A stretch of DNA of 48,869 bases from an uncultured Candidatus Rokubacteria bacterium (GCA_963708025.1 CAVPSB010000038.1:1-48869); one strand, 5' to 3'; shown: positions 21,293-31,150, counted from the stretch's first letter. A program made the numbers and translations. The notes: generated from the sequence alone by a model not told the origin.

Positions 21293-22762
21293 TCAGCCGG
21301 GCAACTCCTCCGCAGCGGTCGCCCCGGCGAGCGGCGACCCGTCGGGCAGGAACCAGGCCGCCACCAGACCCAGGAGGGTGGCGACCGTGCCGAGCCAGAA
21401 CACGACACCGATCTCGGCGACGAACGCCGCCGCCAGCGCCGGAGGCAGCCCCCCGGCCCCGCGGCCCAGCTCCGTCACCTGGACGCCGAGCCGCCCGGTC
21501 AGGACGGCGCCCATCACCGCCACCCCGAGGGTCGAGCCGACGTTCCGGAAGAAGAGGACGGCGGCGGTGGCCACCCCCCGCTGCTCGCGGGGGATCAGCG
21601 TCTGCACCGCCACGATGAGGGTGACCGACGCCAGGCCCATGCCGACTCCCAGCGCTCCCCCGACGGTCAGCAGGTACGTCCACGAACCGTCTGGCCGTAT
21701 CGCGAGGGCCAGTTGGCCGGCCGCCATGACCGCCATGCCGAGGAGAGAGAGCCGCCAGAACCCGAGGGTGTTCATGAGCTGGCCGGCCACCAGCCCGCCG
21801 AGCGACCAGCCGGTGCTCATGGTCATGAGCGACACGCCGGCGGTGGTGGCGTCGGCGCCCCGGCCCCACTGCATCAGGAGCGGCACGTGCACGAGGGCGC
21901 CGAACATGGCGGCCCCCGCGAAGAACCCGGTCAGGGAGGCCACCGTGAACGGGGCCTCCCGGAACAGCCCGAGGGCGAGGAGCGGGTCCGGCGAGGCGCG
22001 CTCGATGCGGACGAAAAGGACGAGACACCCGAGGCCGACGAGCACGGCCAGCAGCCGGCCAGGCGCGAGAAGGCCCGGGTGAGCGCCCCCGGCGGGCTGA
22101 CCGGACTCCAGGATGGCGAACAGGATGGCCGTGACGCCCACCAGGAACACCGTCGCGCCCGTGAGATCGAGCCGCCGGCCCGCTCGGCCGAGCAGCCCGG
22201 GCGCGGTCTCGCGCAGCCCGGCCACGATGAGCCCGGCCACCACCAGACCGAGCGGCAGGTTCATGTAGAAGACCCAGCGCCAGCTCGCGTGGTCCACGAT
22301 GACGCCGCCGAGCAAGGGCCCCGCGATGCTGGCGAACCCCCAGACGGCCGTAATGAGCGCCTGCATCTGGCCGCGGCGGGGACCGGGAAACAGGTCGCCG
22401 AAGATGATGAGCGCCAGGGCCAGGATGCCCCCGGCGCCGATCCCCTGAATGCCCCGCCCCACGATCAGGACCAGCATCGACGGGGCCGCCCCGGCGACGA
22501 GCGAGCCCACCCCGAAGACGGCGACCGCGGTCAGGAACGGGCCCCGGCGTCCCAGCCGATCCGAGATGCCCCCGAACACCGGCATGACGACGGTCGAGGC
22601 CAGCATGTACGCCGAGAACACCCACGGGTACAGGGCGACGCCGCCCAGGGTGGCGACGACGGTGGGCATGGCGGTGCCGACGATCGTCGCGTCGAGGGCG
22701 GCCAGGAGGACCCCGAGCTGGACAGCCACGACCACAGGCCACACCCGGGGGACGGCAGCCAC
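21293..22762 (-). CDS. MFS drug-resistance transporter (EmrB/QacA, DHA2-like)
   Basis: ALDATIVGTAMP, motif A GGISDRLGRR, GRGIQGIGAG, WRWVFYMNLPLG, many TM segments. Confidence 0.92.
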   Translation of the reverse strand: MAAVPRVWPVVVAVQLGVLLAALDATIVGTAMPTVVATLGGVALYPWVFSAYMLASTVVMPVFGGISDRLGRRGPFLTAVAVFGVGSLVAGAAPSMLVLIVGRGIQGIGAGGILALALIIFGDLFPGPRRGQMQALITAVWGFASIAGPLLGGVIVDHASWRWVFYMNLPLGLVVAGLIVAGLRETAPGLLGRAGRRLDLTGATVFLVGVTAILFAILESGQPAGGAHPGLLAPGRLLAVLVGLGCLVLFVRIERASPDPLLALGLFREAPFTVASLTGFFAGAAMFGALVHVPLLMQWGRGADATTAGVSLMTMSTGWSLGGLVAGQLMNTLGFWRLSLLGMAVMAAGQLALAIRPDGSWTYLLTVGGALGVGMGLASVTLIVAVQTLIPREQRGVATAAVLFFRNVGSTLGVAVMGAVLTGRLGVQVTELGRGAGGLPPALAAAFVAEIGVVFWLGTVATLLGLVAAWFLPDGSPLAGATAAEELPG

Positions 22763-23051
22763 GGCGGGAGTATAACGGCCCGACCAGAGCCACTCAACCC
22801 GCGGCCGGGCGCCTCGGCGATGCCATCGCAAAACTGGCGCCGGTCGCGGTCGGCGCGGTACACTTTGCGCTCCACCCCCCGAGGGGGAGACGAGTGGTCG
22901 CAGGCACCGAACCCCGGGTTCGCAGCCTCGGAGGCGGCCGTCACGGTGGATTCGCCGTCAACGGTGGGGGGCCGTCCGCCAACCGACCGACCCGTGCCAT
23001 CCCGTCAGGCTGCGAGGGCCCGCGCTGAAAAGCCGGCACGGAGAGCAAGTC

Positions 23052-23210
23052 GTGTCGAGGCCCCTGCGTGTCCTGATCCTGGAAGACAACCCGGCCGACG
23101 CCGAGCTGATCCTCCGCGAGCTGCGCCGGGCGGGCTTCGATCCCCGGGTCCAGCGGGCGGAGACGGAGGCCGAGTACCTGACCGCCCTGGAGTCGCCGCC
23201 CGACGTCATC
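23052..23210 (+). pseudogene. Truncated response-regulator receiver fragment
   Basis: MSRPLRVLILEDNPADAELILRELRRAGF...PPDVI. Similarity stops just before the phospho-Asp. Confidence 0.7.
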
Positions 23211-23312
23211 GGCGGCCGGAGGACTCGTCGCGACGTCGCTGGGCGCCTGCGCTATACTGGACCTGCCGGTCGAGCGGTCCCGAGTGACGGCCGTCCGCCC
23301 CTAGGAGGATCC

Positions 23313-24503
23313 GTGGATTTCACGCTGAGCCCCGAGCAGGAGGCCTTCCGGGACGAAGTGCGCGCCTGGCTGCGCGCGAACCTCCCCCCCGACTGGGCGT
23401 CGCGGCCCACCACCGACATCCCCCGCGCCGAGATGTACGACTTCGGTCGCCGCTGGCAGCGGAAGATGTACGACGCCGGGCTGCTCGGCATCACGTGGCC
23501 CAAGGAGTACGGGGGCCGCGGGCTCACCTGGATGGAGGAGCTGATCTTCCACGAGCAGCTCACGCTGCACAAGGCGCCTCCGCCGCTCAACATTCTGGGG
23601 ATCGGCATGGCCGGGCCCACGATCATCGCCTACGGCACCGAGGAGCAGAAGAAGCGCTACCTGCAGAAGATCCTGACCGGCGAGGAGATCTGGTGCCAGG
23701 GCTACTCCGAGCCGAACGCGGGCTCGGACCTGGCCTCGCTCCAGACCCGGGCGGTCCGCGACGGGGACCACTACGTCGTCAACGGCCAGAAGGTCTGGAC
23801 GAGCCTGGCCCACATCGCGGACTGGATGATGCTCCTGGCCCGGACCGACCCGAGCGCGTCCAAGCACAAGGGGATCACCTACTTCCTGCTCGACATGCAC
23901 GCGCCGGGCGTCACCGTGCGCCCGCTCCGGCAGATCACCGGGGACGCCGAGTTCAACGAGGTCTTCTTCGAGAACGTGCGGGTGCCGGCCGCCAACATCC
24001 TGGGCGAGCTGAACCAGGGCTGGTCGGTGGGCATCACCACGCTCATGTACGAGCGGCTGGCCCTCGGCTTCGGCCTTCAGGCTCGCTTCCAGATCGCGCT
24101 CGACTCGACGCTGGGCCTGGCCCGGCGGATGCGCCGGAACGGCGGGACGGCGGCCCAGGACCCGGTGATGCGCCAGAAGCTCGCCCAGCTCGTCATCGAC
24201 AACGCCGTCTTCAAGTACACGGCGGCCCGCGCGATCACGAAGCTCCTCAAGGGGGAGCTGCCCGGGCCCGAGGCCTCGGCCGGCAAGATCTGGTGGTGCG
24301 ACCGCCACCAGGCGCTGCAGGACGTCGGCCAGGAGCTGCTCGGCATGTACGGCCAGCTCGCCAAGGGGTCCCCGTGGGCGGTCGACGACGGCCTCTGGCT
24401 GTACTCGTTCCTGAGATCGCGGGCGAACTCCATCGAGGGCGGCACCACCGACATCCAGCGGAACATCATCGGCGAGCGGGTCCTCGGCCTCCCCAAGGAT
24501 TGA
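23313..24503 (+). CDS. Acyl-CoA dehydrogenase
   Basis: GTG with AGGAGG RBS. WCQGYSEPNAGSDLASL, NGQKVWTS, EFNEVFF, SIEGGTTDIQRNIIGERVLGLP. Confidence 0.95.
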   Translation: MDFTLSPEQEAFRDEVRAWLRANLPPDWASRPTTDIPRAEMYDFGRRWQRKMYDAGLLGITWPKEYGGRGLTWMEELIFHEQLTLHKAPPPLNILGIGMAGPTIIAYGTEEQKKRYLQKILTGEEIWCQGYSEPNAGSDLASLQTRAVRDGDHYVVNGQKVWTSLAHIADWMMLLARTDPSASKHKGITYFLLDMHAPGVTVRPLRQITGDAEFNEVFFENVRVPAANILGELNQGWSVGITTLMYERLALGFGLQARFQIALDSTLGLARRMRRNGGTAAQDPVMRQKLAQLVIDNAVFKYTAARAITKLLKGELPGPEASAGKIWWCDRHQALQDVGQELLGMYGQLAKGSPWAVDDGLWLYSFLRSRANSIEGGTTDIQRNIIGERVLGLPKD

Positions 24504-24516
24504 TGGCCTCGTCACC

Positions 24517-24547
24517 GGTCCCTCTCCCCCCGAGGGGGAGAGGGACC
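24517..24547. repeat. Perfect intergenic hairpin (REP-like CCCTCTCCC...GGGAGAGGG)
   Basis: GGTCCCTCTCCCCC-cga-GGGGGAGAGGGACC, a 14-bp stem between the two ACAD genes. Confidence 0.8.
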
Positions 24548-24568
24548 CAGTAAGGAACGGGTTCACCA

Positions 24569-25720
24569 GTGGACTTCGGATTCAGCCAGGAGCAGGACCT
24601 CCTCCGCCAGACCGCCCGCAGCTTCCTCGAGAAGGAGTGCCCCTCCGCCTTCGTGCGGCGGATGATGGACGACCCGGCCGGCATCACCGACGAGCTCTGG
24701 CAGAAGCTGGCCGAGCTGGGGTGGCTCGGCTTGATCTATCCCGAGGCGTACGGCGGCGTCGGCCTCGGGCTCGTCGATCTGACGGTGATCCTGGAGGAGA
24801 TGGGCCGGGTCGTCATGCCCGGGCCCTTCTTCTCCACGGTGCTCCTCGGCGGCCGGGCGCTGCTCGAGGCCGGCTCGGAGTCGCAGAAGAGCGCGTGGCT
24901 GCCCAAGATCGCCGCCGGGGAGGCCCGCGCCACCCTTGCGATCGCGGAGGAGCTCCCCGGCTGGGACGCCGGGGCGATCCAGCTCGCGGCGAAGCCCGGG
25001 AAGAAGGCGGGCCGCTTCGTGCTCTCGGGCACGAAGCTCTTCGTACCGGATGCCCACACGGCCGACTTCCTCGTCGTCGCCGCCCGCACCGCCCGGCCGA
25101 CCAAGGAGGACGCCCGTCACGGCGTCAGCCTGTTCCTGGTGCCGGCGGGCGCCGATGGGGTCCGGACGACCGTGCTGCCGACGATGGACCAGACGCGGAA
25201 GCTGTGCGAGGTCACCCTGTCCCGGGTCGAGGTGGGGCCGGAGGCCCTCCTCGGCGCCCTCCATCAGGGCTGGGGTCCGCTGGCGCGGGTCCTCGACCGG
25301 GCCACCGTCGGCCTGTGCGCCGAGATGTGCGGCGGCGCCCAGCGCGTCCTCGACATGTGCACCGAGTACGCGAAGATCCGCGTCGCGTTCGGCAAGCCGA
25401 TCGGCACCTATCAGGCGGTCAAGCACAAGTGTGCCGACATGCTCGTCGCCGTGGAGAACGCCAAGTCCATCACCTACTACGCGGCGTGGGCGGTGGACGA
25501 GAACGTGCCCGAGGCGCCGCTGGCCGCCTCGATGGCCAAGGCCTACGTCTCGGATGCCTTCCGCAAGGCGGCCGGCGACGGGATCCAGATCCACGGCGGC
25601 ATCGGCTTCACCTGGGAGCACGACCTCCATCTCTACTTCAAGCGGGCGAAGGGCTCCGAGGTGACGTTCGGCGACGCGACGGCCCACCGGGAGCGAGTGG
25701 CCCAGCTCGTTGCGTTGTAA
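24569..25720 (+). CDS. Acyl-CoA dehydrogenase (partner subunit type)
   Basis: RVAFGKPIGTYQAVKHKCADM, QIHGGIGFTWEHDLHLYFKRA. Confidence 0.93.
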   Translation: MDFGFSQEQDLLRQTARSFLEKECPSAFVRRMMDDPAGITDELWQKLAELGWLGLIYPEAYGGVGLGLVDLTVILEEMGRVVMPGPFFSTVLLGGRALLEAGSESQKSAWLPKIAAGEARATLAIAEELPGWDAGAIQLAAKPGKKAGRFVLSGTKLFVPDAHTADFLVVAARTARPTKEDARHGVSLFLVPAGADGVRTTVLPTMDQTRKLCEVTLSRVEVGPEALLGALHQGWGPLARVLDRATVGLCAEMCGGAQRVLDMCTEYAKIRVAFGKPIGTYQAVKHKCADMLVAVENAKSITYYAAWAVDENVPEAPLAASMAKAYVSDAFRKAAGDGIQIHGGIGFTWEHDLHLYFKRAKGSEVTFGDATAHRERVAQLVAL

Positions 25721-25778
25721 GCGACCCCGCCGGGCCCGTCCGCGGGCCCTGGTGGCCCCTCCGGAGCAGTCCCATTTC

Positions 25779-25808
25779 TTGACTGGCCGGCCGGAACCTC
25801 GCTATGCT
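25779..25808 (+). promoter_or_regulatory. Putative sigma70 promoter of the amidase-MamK operon
   Basis: TTGACT-N18-TATGCT about 45 bp upstream of ATG 25851. Confidence 0.6.
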
Positions 25809-25850
25809 CCAGGGGTCATGTGAGCCGAAGTCGGCTCATCCGGGGCCGGG

Positions 25851-26870
25851 ATGCCGCAACTGGACCGAGTCAAGCGTCAACTCGTCAGCGAAGTGGTGCG
25901 GGAGAACGTCGAGACTCTTCGCGGCCTCCCGCCCCGACAGCTTCGCCGTCCCCGCCGCCGCTTTCCCCGGTTCGCGCTGCGAGGGGTCGGGCTCGTGCTC
26001 GCGCCCAGCCTCCTCTTCGTCGTGATCAGCGTGATGGCAACGGGCCAGGCCGAGCGCCCCGCCGCCCTCGCCCGGCCGGCGTCCGCGCCGTCCGCGCCGT
26101 CCGCGCCGGAGCCGATCGCGCCGACCGCCGAGAGCCTCCCGGTCCCGCAGGCCATGAGCCCGGTCGCGTTTCCGCTCGAGGTGCGGAAGATCATCCTCGA
26201 TCCCGGCCACGGGGGGGTCGACCCCGGGGCACCGGCCACGGGAGGGCTGTGGGAGAAGGACGTCACCCTCGACGTCGCGCGTCGCCTGAAGGCGCTCCTC
26301 TCCGAGGCGGGGTTCGCGGTCCTGATGACCCGCGAGAAGGACGAGACCGTCTCGCTCCGGGAGCGCGCCCAGTTCGCCAACGACCAGAAAGGCGATCTCT
26401 TCATCTCGATCCACTTCAATGCGCTCCCGACCCGGAGCTACCGGGGCCTGGAGACGTACTATCTGGGGGCCACCAAGGAGAAGCACATCGAGCGCCTGGC
26501 CGGCGCCGAGAACCAGGCGTCGGGTTACTCGATGGCCGACTTCCGGCGCCTCCTCGAGGGCGTCTACACCCACGTGCGGCAGAAGGAGTCCAAGCAGCTC
26601 GCCGAGGCCGTCCACCAGGGGCTGGCCACGTCCCTGGTGAAGGGCAACCCGGCGATCCGTGACAGCGGCGTCAAGCCGGCCCCGTTCCTCGTCCTGGTCG
26701 CCACCGAGATGCCCGGCATCCTGGCCGAGGTGTCCTATCTGTCCAACGACGAGGACGCGCGGCTGCTCGCCCAGCCCGGCTACCGGGCGGAGATCGCCCG
26801 GGTCCTGTTCCAGGGCATCCGCGCCTACGCGGATGCGCGGAACAAGCCCCGGCCCCAAGGGAGTGCATAG
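25851..26870 (+). CDS. N-acetylmuramoyl-L-alanine amidase (Amidase_3), N-terminally membrane-anchored
   Basis: IILDPGHGG, EKDVTL, ISIHFNA, LAEVSYLSN (Zn ligands and catalytic Glu). Basic N-terminus, hydrophobic segment GVGLVLAPSLLFVVISVMA, Pro/Ala linker. Confidence 0.93.
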   Translation: MPQLDRVKRQLVSEVVRENVETLRGLPPRQLRRPRRRFPRFALRGVGLVLAPSLLFVVISVMATGQAERPAALARPASAPSAPSAPEPIAPTAESLPVPQAMSPVAFPLEVRKIILDPGHGGVDPGAPATGGLWEKDVTLDVARRLKALLSEAGFAVLMTREKDETVSLRERAQFANDQKGDLFISIHFNALPTRSYRGLETYYLGATKEKHIERLAGAENQASGYSMADFRRLLEGVYTHVRQKESKQLAEAVHQGLATSLVKGNPAIRDSGVKPAPFLVLVATEMPGILAEVSYLSNDEDARLLAQPGYRAEIARVLFQGIRAYADARNKPRPQGSA

Positions 26871-26871
26871 G

Positions 26872-27894
26872 ATGAGCACGAAGAAGAACGAGACGCTGCG
26901 CGTCGGCATCGATCTCGGCACCTCGCGCAGCTCGATCTCGGCCTCGAACGGGGCCCGCCACGTGGTGGACAGCTACGTCGGCTGGCCCGTCGACACCGTG
27001 GCCCGCAAGATCGTGAAGAAGCCGATCCTGTTCGGCCGCGAGGCGCTCGACAACCGGCCGATGCTGGAGCTGCACCGGCCGCTGGAGCGGGGCCTCATCA
27101 AGGAAGGCTCGGAGAAAGACGAGGCGGCGGTGCGCGAGCTGCTGCGGCACCTGATCTCGCTGGCCGGCGAGCCCGAAGGCGAGAAGGTGTTCGCGGTGGT
27201 CGGCGTCCCGGCCGAGGCCCTCCGGGTGTCCAAGCAGCACCTGCGGAACGCCGTGAAGGGCATCGCCGATGCCCTGATGATCGTGTCCGAGCCCTTCGCG
27301 GTGGCCTACGGGATGGACTCGCTGCTCCACACCATGATCGTCGACATCGGCGCCGGCACCACCGACTTCTGCGTCATGAACGGCCGCTATCCGAACGACG
27401 AGGACCAGCGGACCCTGACCCACGCCGGCGACTGGGTCGACGAGCAGCTGGTCACCCTCATCCGGGGCCGCCAGTCCGACGCCCAGTTCTCGGTCCACAT
27501 GGTGCGGGACTGGAAGGAGCGCTGGAGCTTCGTCGGCGAGCCGAAGGGGCCGGTCATGGTGACGGTCCAGGTGGGCGCGAAGGCGACGCCGCTCGACATC
27601 ACCAACGAGATGCGGCGGGCCTGCGAAGGCCTGGTGGCGCCGATTTCCGAGACGATGCTCGACCTGATCGCCCGCGTGGACCCGGAGTACCAGGAGCGGG
27701 TGCGGAACAACGTCGTCCTGGCCGGCGGCGGGTCGCAGATCCCGGGCCTGGCCGAGGCCCTCGAGCGCGCGCTCATGGAGGTCGGCGGCGGGAAGGTGCG
27801 CGCCGTGGAGGACCCCATCTTCGCCGGCTCGAACGGCAGCCTGGCCCTGGCCCTGGATGCGGCGGAGTCCGACTGGGAGCAGCTTCCCGGCTAG
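26872..27894 (+). CDS. mamK: MamK-like bacterial actin
   Basis: 340 aa. GIDLGTS, VVGVPA, VSEPFAVAYG, IVDIGAGTTD, EDQRTLTHAGDWVDEQL, KERWSFVG, DPEYQ...NVVLAGGGSQIPGL, DPIFAG...DWEQL. These follow MamK-specific rather than MreB motifs. Confidence 0.85.
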   Translation: MSTKKNETLRVGIDLGTSRSSISASNGARHVVDSYVGWPVDTVARKIVKKPILFGREALDNRPMLELHRPLERGLIKEGSEKDEAAVRELLRHLISLAGEPEGEKVFAVVGVPAEALRVSKQHLRNAVKGIADALMIVSEPFAVAYGMDSLLHTMIVDIGAGTTDFCVMNGRYPNDEDQRTLTHAGDWVDEQLVTLIRGRQSDAQFSVHMVRDWKERWSFVGEPKGPVMVTVQVGAKATPLDITNEMRRACEGLVAPISETMLDLIARVDPEYQERVRNNVVLAGGGSQIPGLAEALERALMEVGGGKVRAVEDPIFAGSNGSLALALDAAESDWEQLPG

Positions 27895-27899
27895 TTCTT

Positions 27900-27926
27900 T
27901 CGGGGAGGTCTCGGAAGACCCCCCGA
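27900..27926 (+). terminator. Hairpin immediately after the MamK-like stop (possible terminator or repeat unit)
   Basis: TCGGGGAGGTCT-cgga-AGACCCCCCGA, with no strong U-tract. Confidence 0.4.
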
Positions 27927-28084
27927 TTCCCCCCTTCGGTCGCGCCGGCCGGACTCCCCACGCCAGAGGCGCAAAGCGCCTCCGCGTGGAATGGGCGCTC
28001 GGAGTGCTGTTCGATGCGCGACTCCCCGGGCAACCTTCCCGAGGGTGAAGCTCTCGGGGGCGGGGTCGAGGAGCGAGCAGCGCC

Positions 28085-28237
28085 CCAAGGCCGAAGGCCG
28101 TCTGTAGGACGCAGGGAGTCGCCGACCGCAGGCGTACTCCGAGTACGCCGAGGATCGGCGACGACCCCAAAGGCCGAAGGCCGTCCGAACGACGACCATA
28201 GGTCGGGACGGACGCCCACAGGCCGAAGGCCGTCCGA
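28085..28237. repeat. Three direct copies of AGGCCGAAGGCCGTC
   Basis: Copies within 28085-28102, 28167-28188 and 28216-28237, separated by unrelated hairpin-forming spacers. Confidence 0.85.
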
Positions 28238-28467
28238 TCGACGTAGGCCGAGCGCGTCCCGACCGAGATGGACGTTGCGACGCTCATCGGCCCCGCCCGC
28301 TAGCGGCAGCGTAGGTCCGTGTCGGGTCGAGCGGTCCGGGGCCCGGCGGGGCCGAGCGGGGACGAGGCGGCGCCCACCGCGAAGCACTCGGTCAGCGAGT
28401 CCAGCGCATGATGCCCCCTTCCCCCTCCCGACTCCCTTCCCTTCGTCAGCGTCTGCTGCCTGGTTTA

Positions 28468-28603
28468 TCAGGCCGACATGAGGAGACGGTGAATCCGGGA
28501 TGAGAAGTGCTCGGCCGGGCGACCGTCTTCTACCAGAAGAGTAGGACCCCGCCGGTATGCGGCCGCCATTCCTCCTTCTCACTTCCGTCTCACATCGCTT
28601 TCA
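28468..28603. promoter_or_regulatory. Two oppositely oriented 11-bp-periodic TGA/TCA repeat clusters (putative OmpR-family boxes)
   Basis: TGA at 28479, 28490, 28501. TCA at 28579, 28590, 28601. Confidence 0.6.
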
Positions 28604-28630
28604 TCTGCGGCTATTGACGAGCTGGCCTTC

Positions 28631-29386
28631 CTCGACCTGGAACGCTATCGGGTGTTGTGGGCGCAGGATTCCATCCCCAAGCAGCAGCTGGACACCCGGG
28701 AGTCCCTGGTGCGCCAGTACGAGGGCGCGGTCAAGAACGATCAGGGTCTGATCGAGTCCATCAAGGTGCAGCTCGTCTACTGCCGCATCACCTCGCCGAT
28801 CGGCGGGCGAGTCGGACTGCGCCTCGTGGACGAGGGAAACATCATCCACGCGGCAAACACCAACGGGATCGTCGTGATCACGCAGCTCCAGCCGATCGCG
28901 GTGCTCTTCACGATCCCCGAGGACAGCATTCCGTCGGTGCTCGACCGGCTGCAGCACGGCCTCCGCCTGCCCGTCGAGGCCTTCGACCGCGAGCAGCGGC
29001 GAAAGTTGTCGGCGGGGTCGCTGCTGACCATCGACAACCAGGTCGACCCGGCCACGGGGACGGTCCGACTCAAGGCCGTGTTCGGCAACGCCGACAATCG
29101 GCTCTTCCCCAGCCAGTTCGTGAACGCGCGCCTTCAGCTCGACGTCAAGCGCGGGGCGACGGTGGTGCCGGCCGCCGCCATCCAGCGCAGTCCGCGCGGG
29201 CCCTTCGTGTACGTGGTGAAGCCCGACCAGACGGTCGAGGCGCGACCGGTCACCGTCGGCGTGACCGATGGCGACAACGTCTCGATCGACACCGGTCTGC
29301 GCGTCGGCGAGCCGGTCGTGGTGGATGGCGCGGAGAGGCTTCGCGACCGCAGCAAGGTGGAGCTCCAGACCCGGGGCGGCGCGTGA
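28631..29386 (+). pseudogene. mdtA: MdtA-family RND membrane fusion protein, 5'-truncated
   Basis: [48 protein letters not shown]. The N-terminal anchor and first domains are missing. Confidence 0.85.
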
Positions 29387-31150
29387 ACCCGTCGCGGCTG
29401 TTCATCCTGCGGCCGGTGGCGACGACTCTGCTGATGGCCGCCCTCCTGCTCGGCGGCGCCCTCGCCTACCGCCTGTTGCCGGTCTCCGCCCTGCCCCAGG
29501 TGGACTACCCCACGATCCAGGTCCTGACCGCCTATCCGGGGGCGAGTCCCGAGGTCATGGCGTCATCGGTCTCCGCGCCGCTGGAGCGCCAGCTCGGGCA
29601 GATGCCGGGGCTCAACCAGATGACCTCGACGAGCTCCGGTGGCAGCTCGGTCATCGTCCTGCAGTTCGCCCTGAACCTCGGGCTCGACGTGGCCGAGCAG
29701 GAGGTCCAGGCGGCGATCAACGCGGCCTACACGCTGCTGCCACCCGATCTGCCGAATCCTCCCGTGTACAGCAAGGTGAACCCGGCCGACACGCCGATCC
29801 TCGCGCTGGGACTGACGTCGACCACCCTGCCGCTGCCCCAGGTCGAGGATCTGGCGGACACCCGGCTCGCTCAGAAGATCGCCCAGTTCCCGGGGGTGGG
29901 GCTGGTCAGCATCAGCGGCGGCCAGAGGCCGGCCGTGCGCGTGCAGGCCAACCCCACCGCGCTCGCGGCCTACGGCCTGACCCTCGAAGACCTGCGAACG
30001 GCCCTGGCCGCCGCCAACGTCAACCAGGCCAAGGGCAGCTTCGACGGTCCCCGGCAGTCCTCGGTGTCGCTCACGATCTCGCTCATCGCCGTGCTCATCC
30101 CGCTCTTGTTCATGGCCGACGTGGTGGGCCGCCTCTTCCGCGAGTTCGCCATCACGCTCGGCATCACCATCCTCATCTCGGCCGTCGTTCTCTCACCCTG
30201 ACGCCGATGATGTGTGCCCGGCTGCTGCACCCCACGCCACCGGACCGGCAGGGGGGACTCTACCGCTGGTCGGAGCGGACGTACGACCGGATCATCGAGG
30301 GCTACGGCACGACCCTCTCCTGGGTGCTCGGCCACCAACCCGCGACCCTCCTGGTGGCGGCGACCACGCTGGTTCTCACGGTCATCCTGTACATCGTGGT
30401 GCCGAAGGGCTTCTTCCCGGTCCAGGACACCGGGGTCATCCAGGGCATCTCCGAAGCGCCGCAATCGATCTCGTTCCCGGCGATGGCCGCGCGGCAGCAA
30501 GCCCTGGCCGCCGTGATCTTCCGGGATCCGGCCGTCGAGAGCCTGTCGTCGTTCATCGGTGTCGACGGCACCAACGTCACGCTCAACAGCGGGCGGATCC
30601 TCATCAACCTGAAGCCCCGGGCCCAGCGCAAGCTGAGCACGACCGACGTCATCCGGCGGCTCCGGCCGGCGCTGGCGAAGGTCGAGGGCGTCACGCTGTT
30701 CATGCAGCCGGTCCAGGACCTCATCGTCGAGGACCGGGTGAGCCGCACGCAGTACCAGCTGAGCCTCGAGGATCCGGACGGAGCCGAGCTCGGCGCCTGG
30801 GCGCCGAGGCTGGTCGGCGCGCTCCACGCGCTGCCGGAGCTCTCGGACGTGAGCAGCGACCAGCAGGATCGGGGGCTCGAGATCGCCCTGGCGATCGACC
30901 GCGGCACGGCGTCACGACTGGGCATCACTTCCCAGCTCATCGACGACACGCTCTACGACGCATTCGGCCAGCGGCAGGTCTCGACGATGTTCACGCAGCT
31001 GAACCAGTACCGGGTCGTCCTGGAGGTCAAGCCCGATTTCCGGCGGAACCCCGGCGGGCTCCAGGACATCTACGTTCGCGGCGCGGTCGGCTCGCCCTCC
31101 TCCCCCGCCTCCCCAGGACCCGGGCCGGTGCCGCTCAGCGCGGTGACGCG
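29383..31150 (+). pseudogene. mdtB: MdtB RND permease with an internal deletion, a frameshift and 3' truncation
   Basis: [34 protein letters not shown]. Jumps at ~30060 from SFDGPRQS to [16 protein letters not shown], frameshifts at ~30190, includes [11 protein letters not shown], ends at VPLSAVTR. Confidence 0.88.

Noticed and set aside
26872-27894. Canonical mreB or evidence of magnetotaxis
   Set aside because: MreB signature motifs and mreC/mreD are absent. MamK alone, without other mam genes, does not imply magnetosomes.
28085-28237. Possible mini-CRISPR array (three direct repeats)
   Set aside because: The repeat core is only ~15-22 bp, spacing is irregular (about 82 and 49 bp), spacers are self-complementary, and no cas genes are present.
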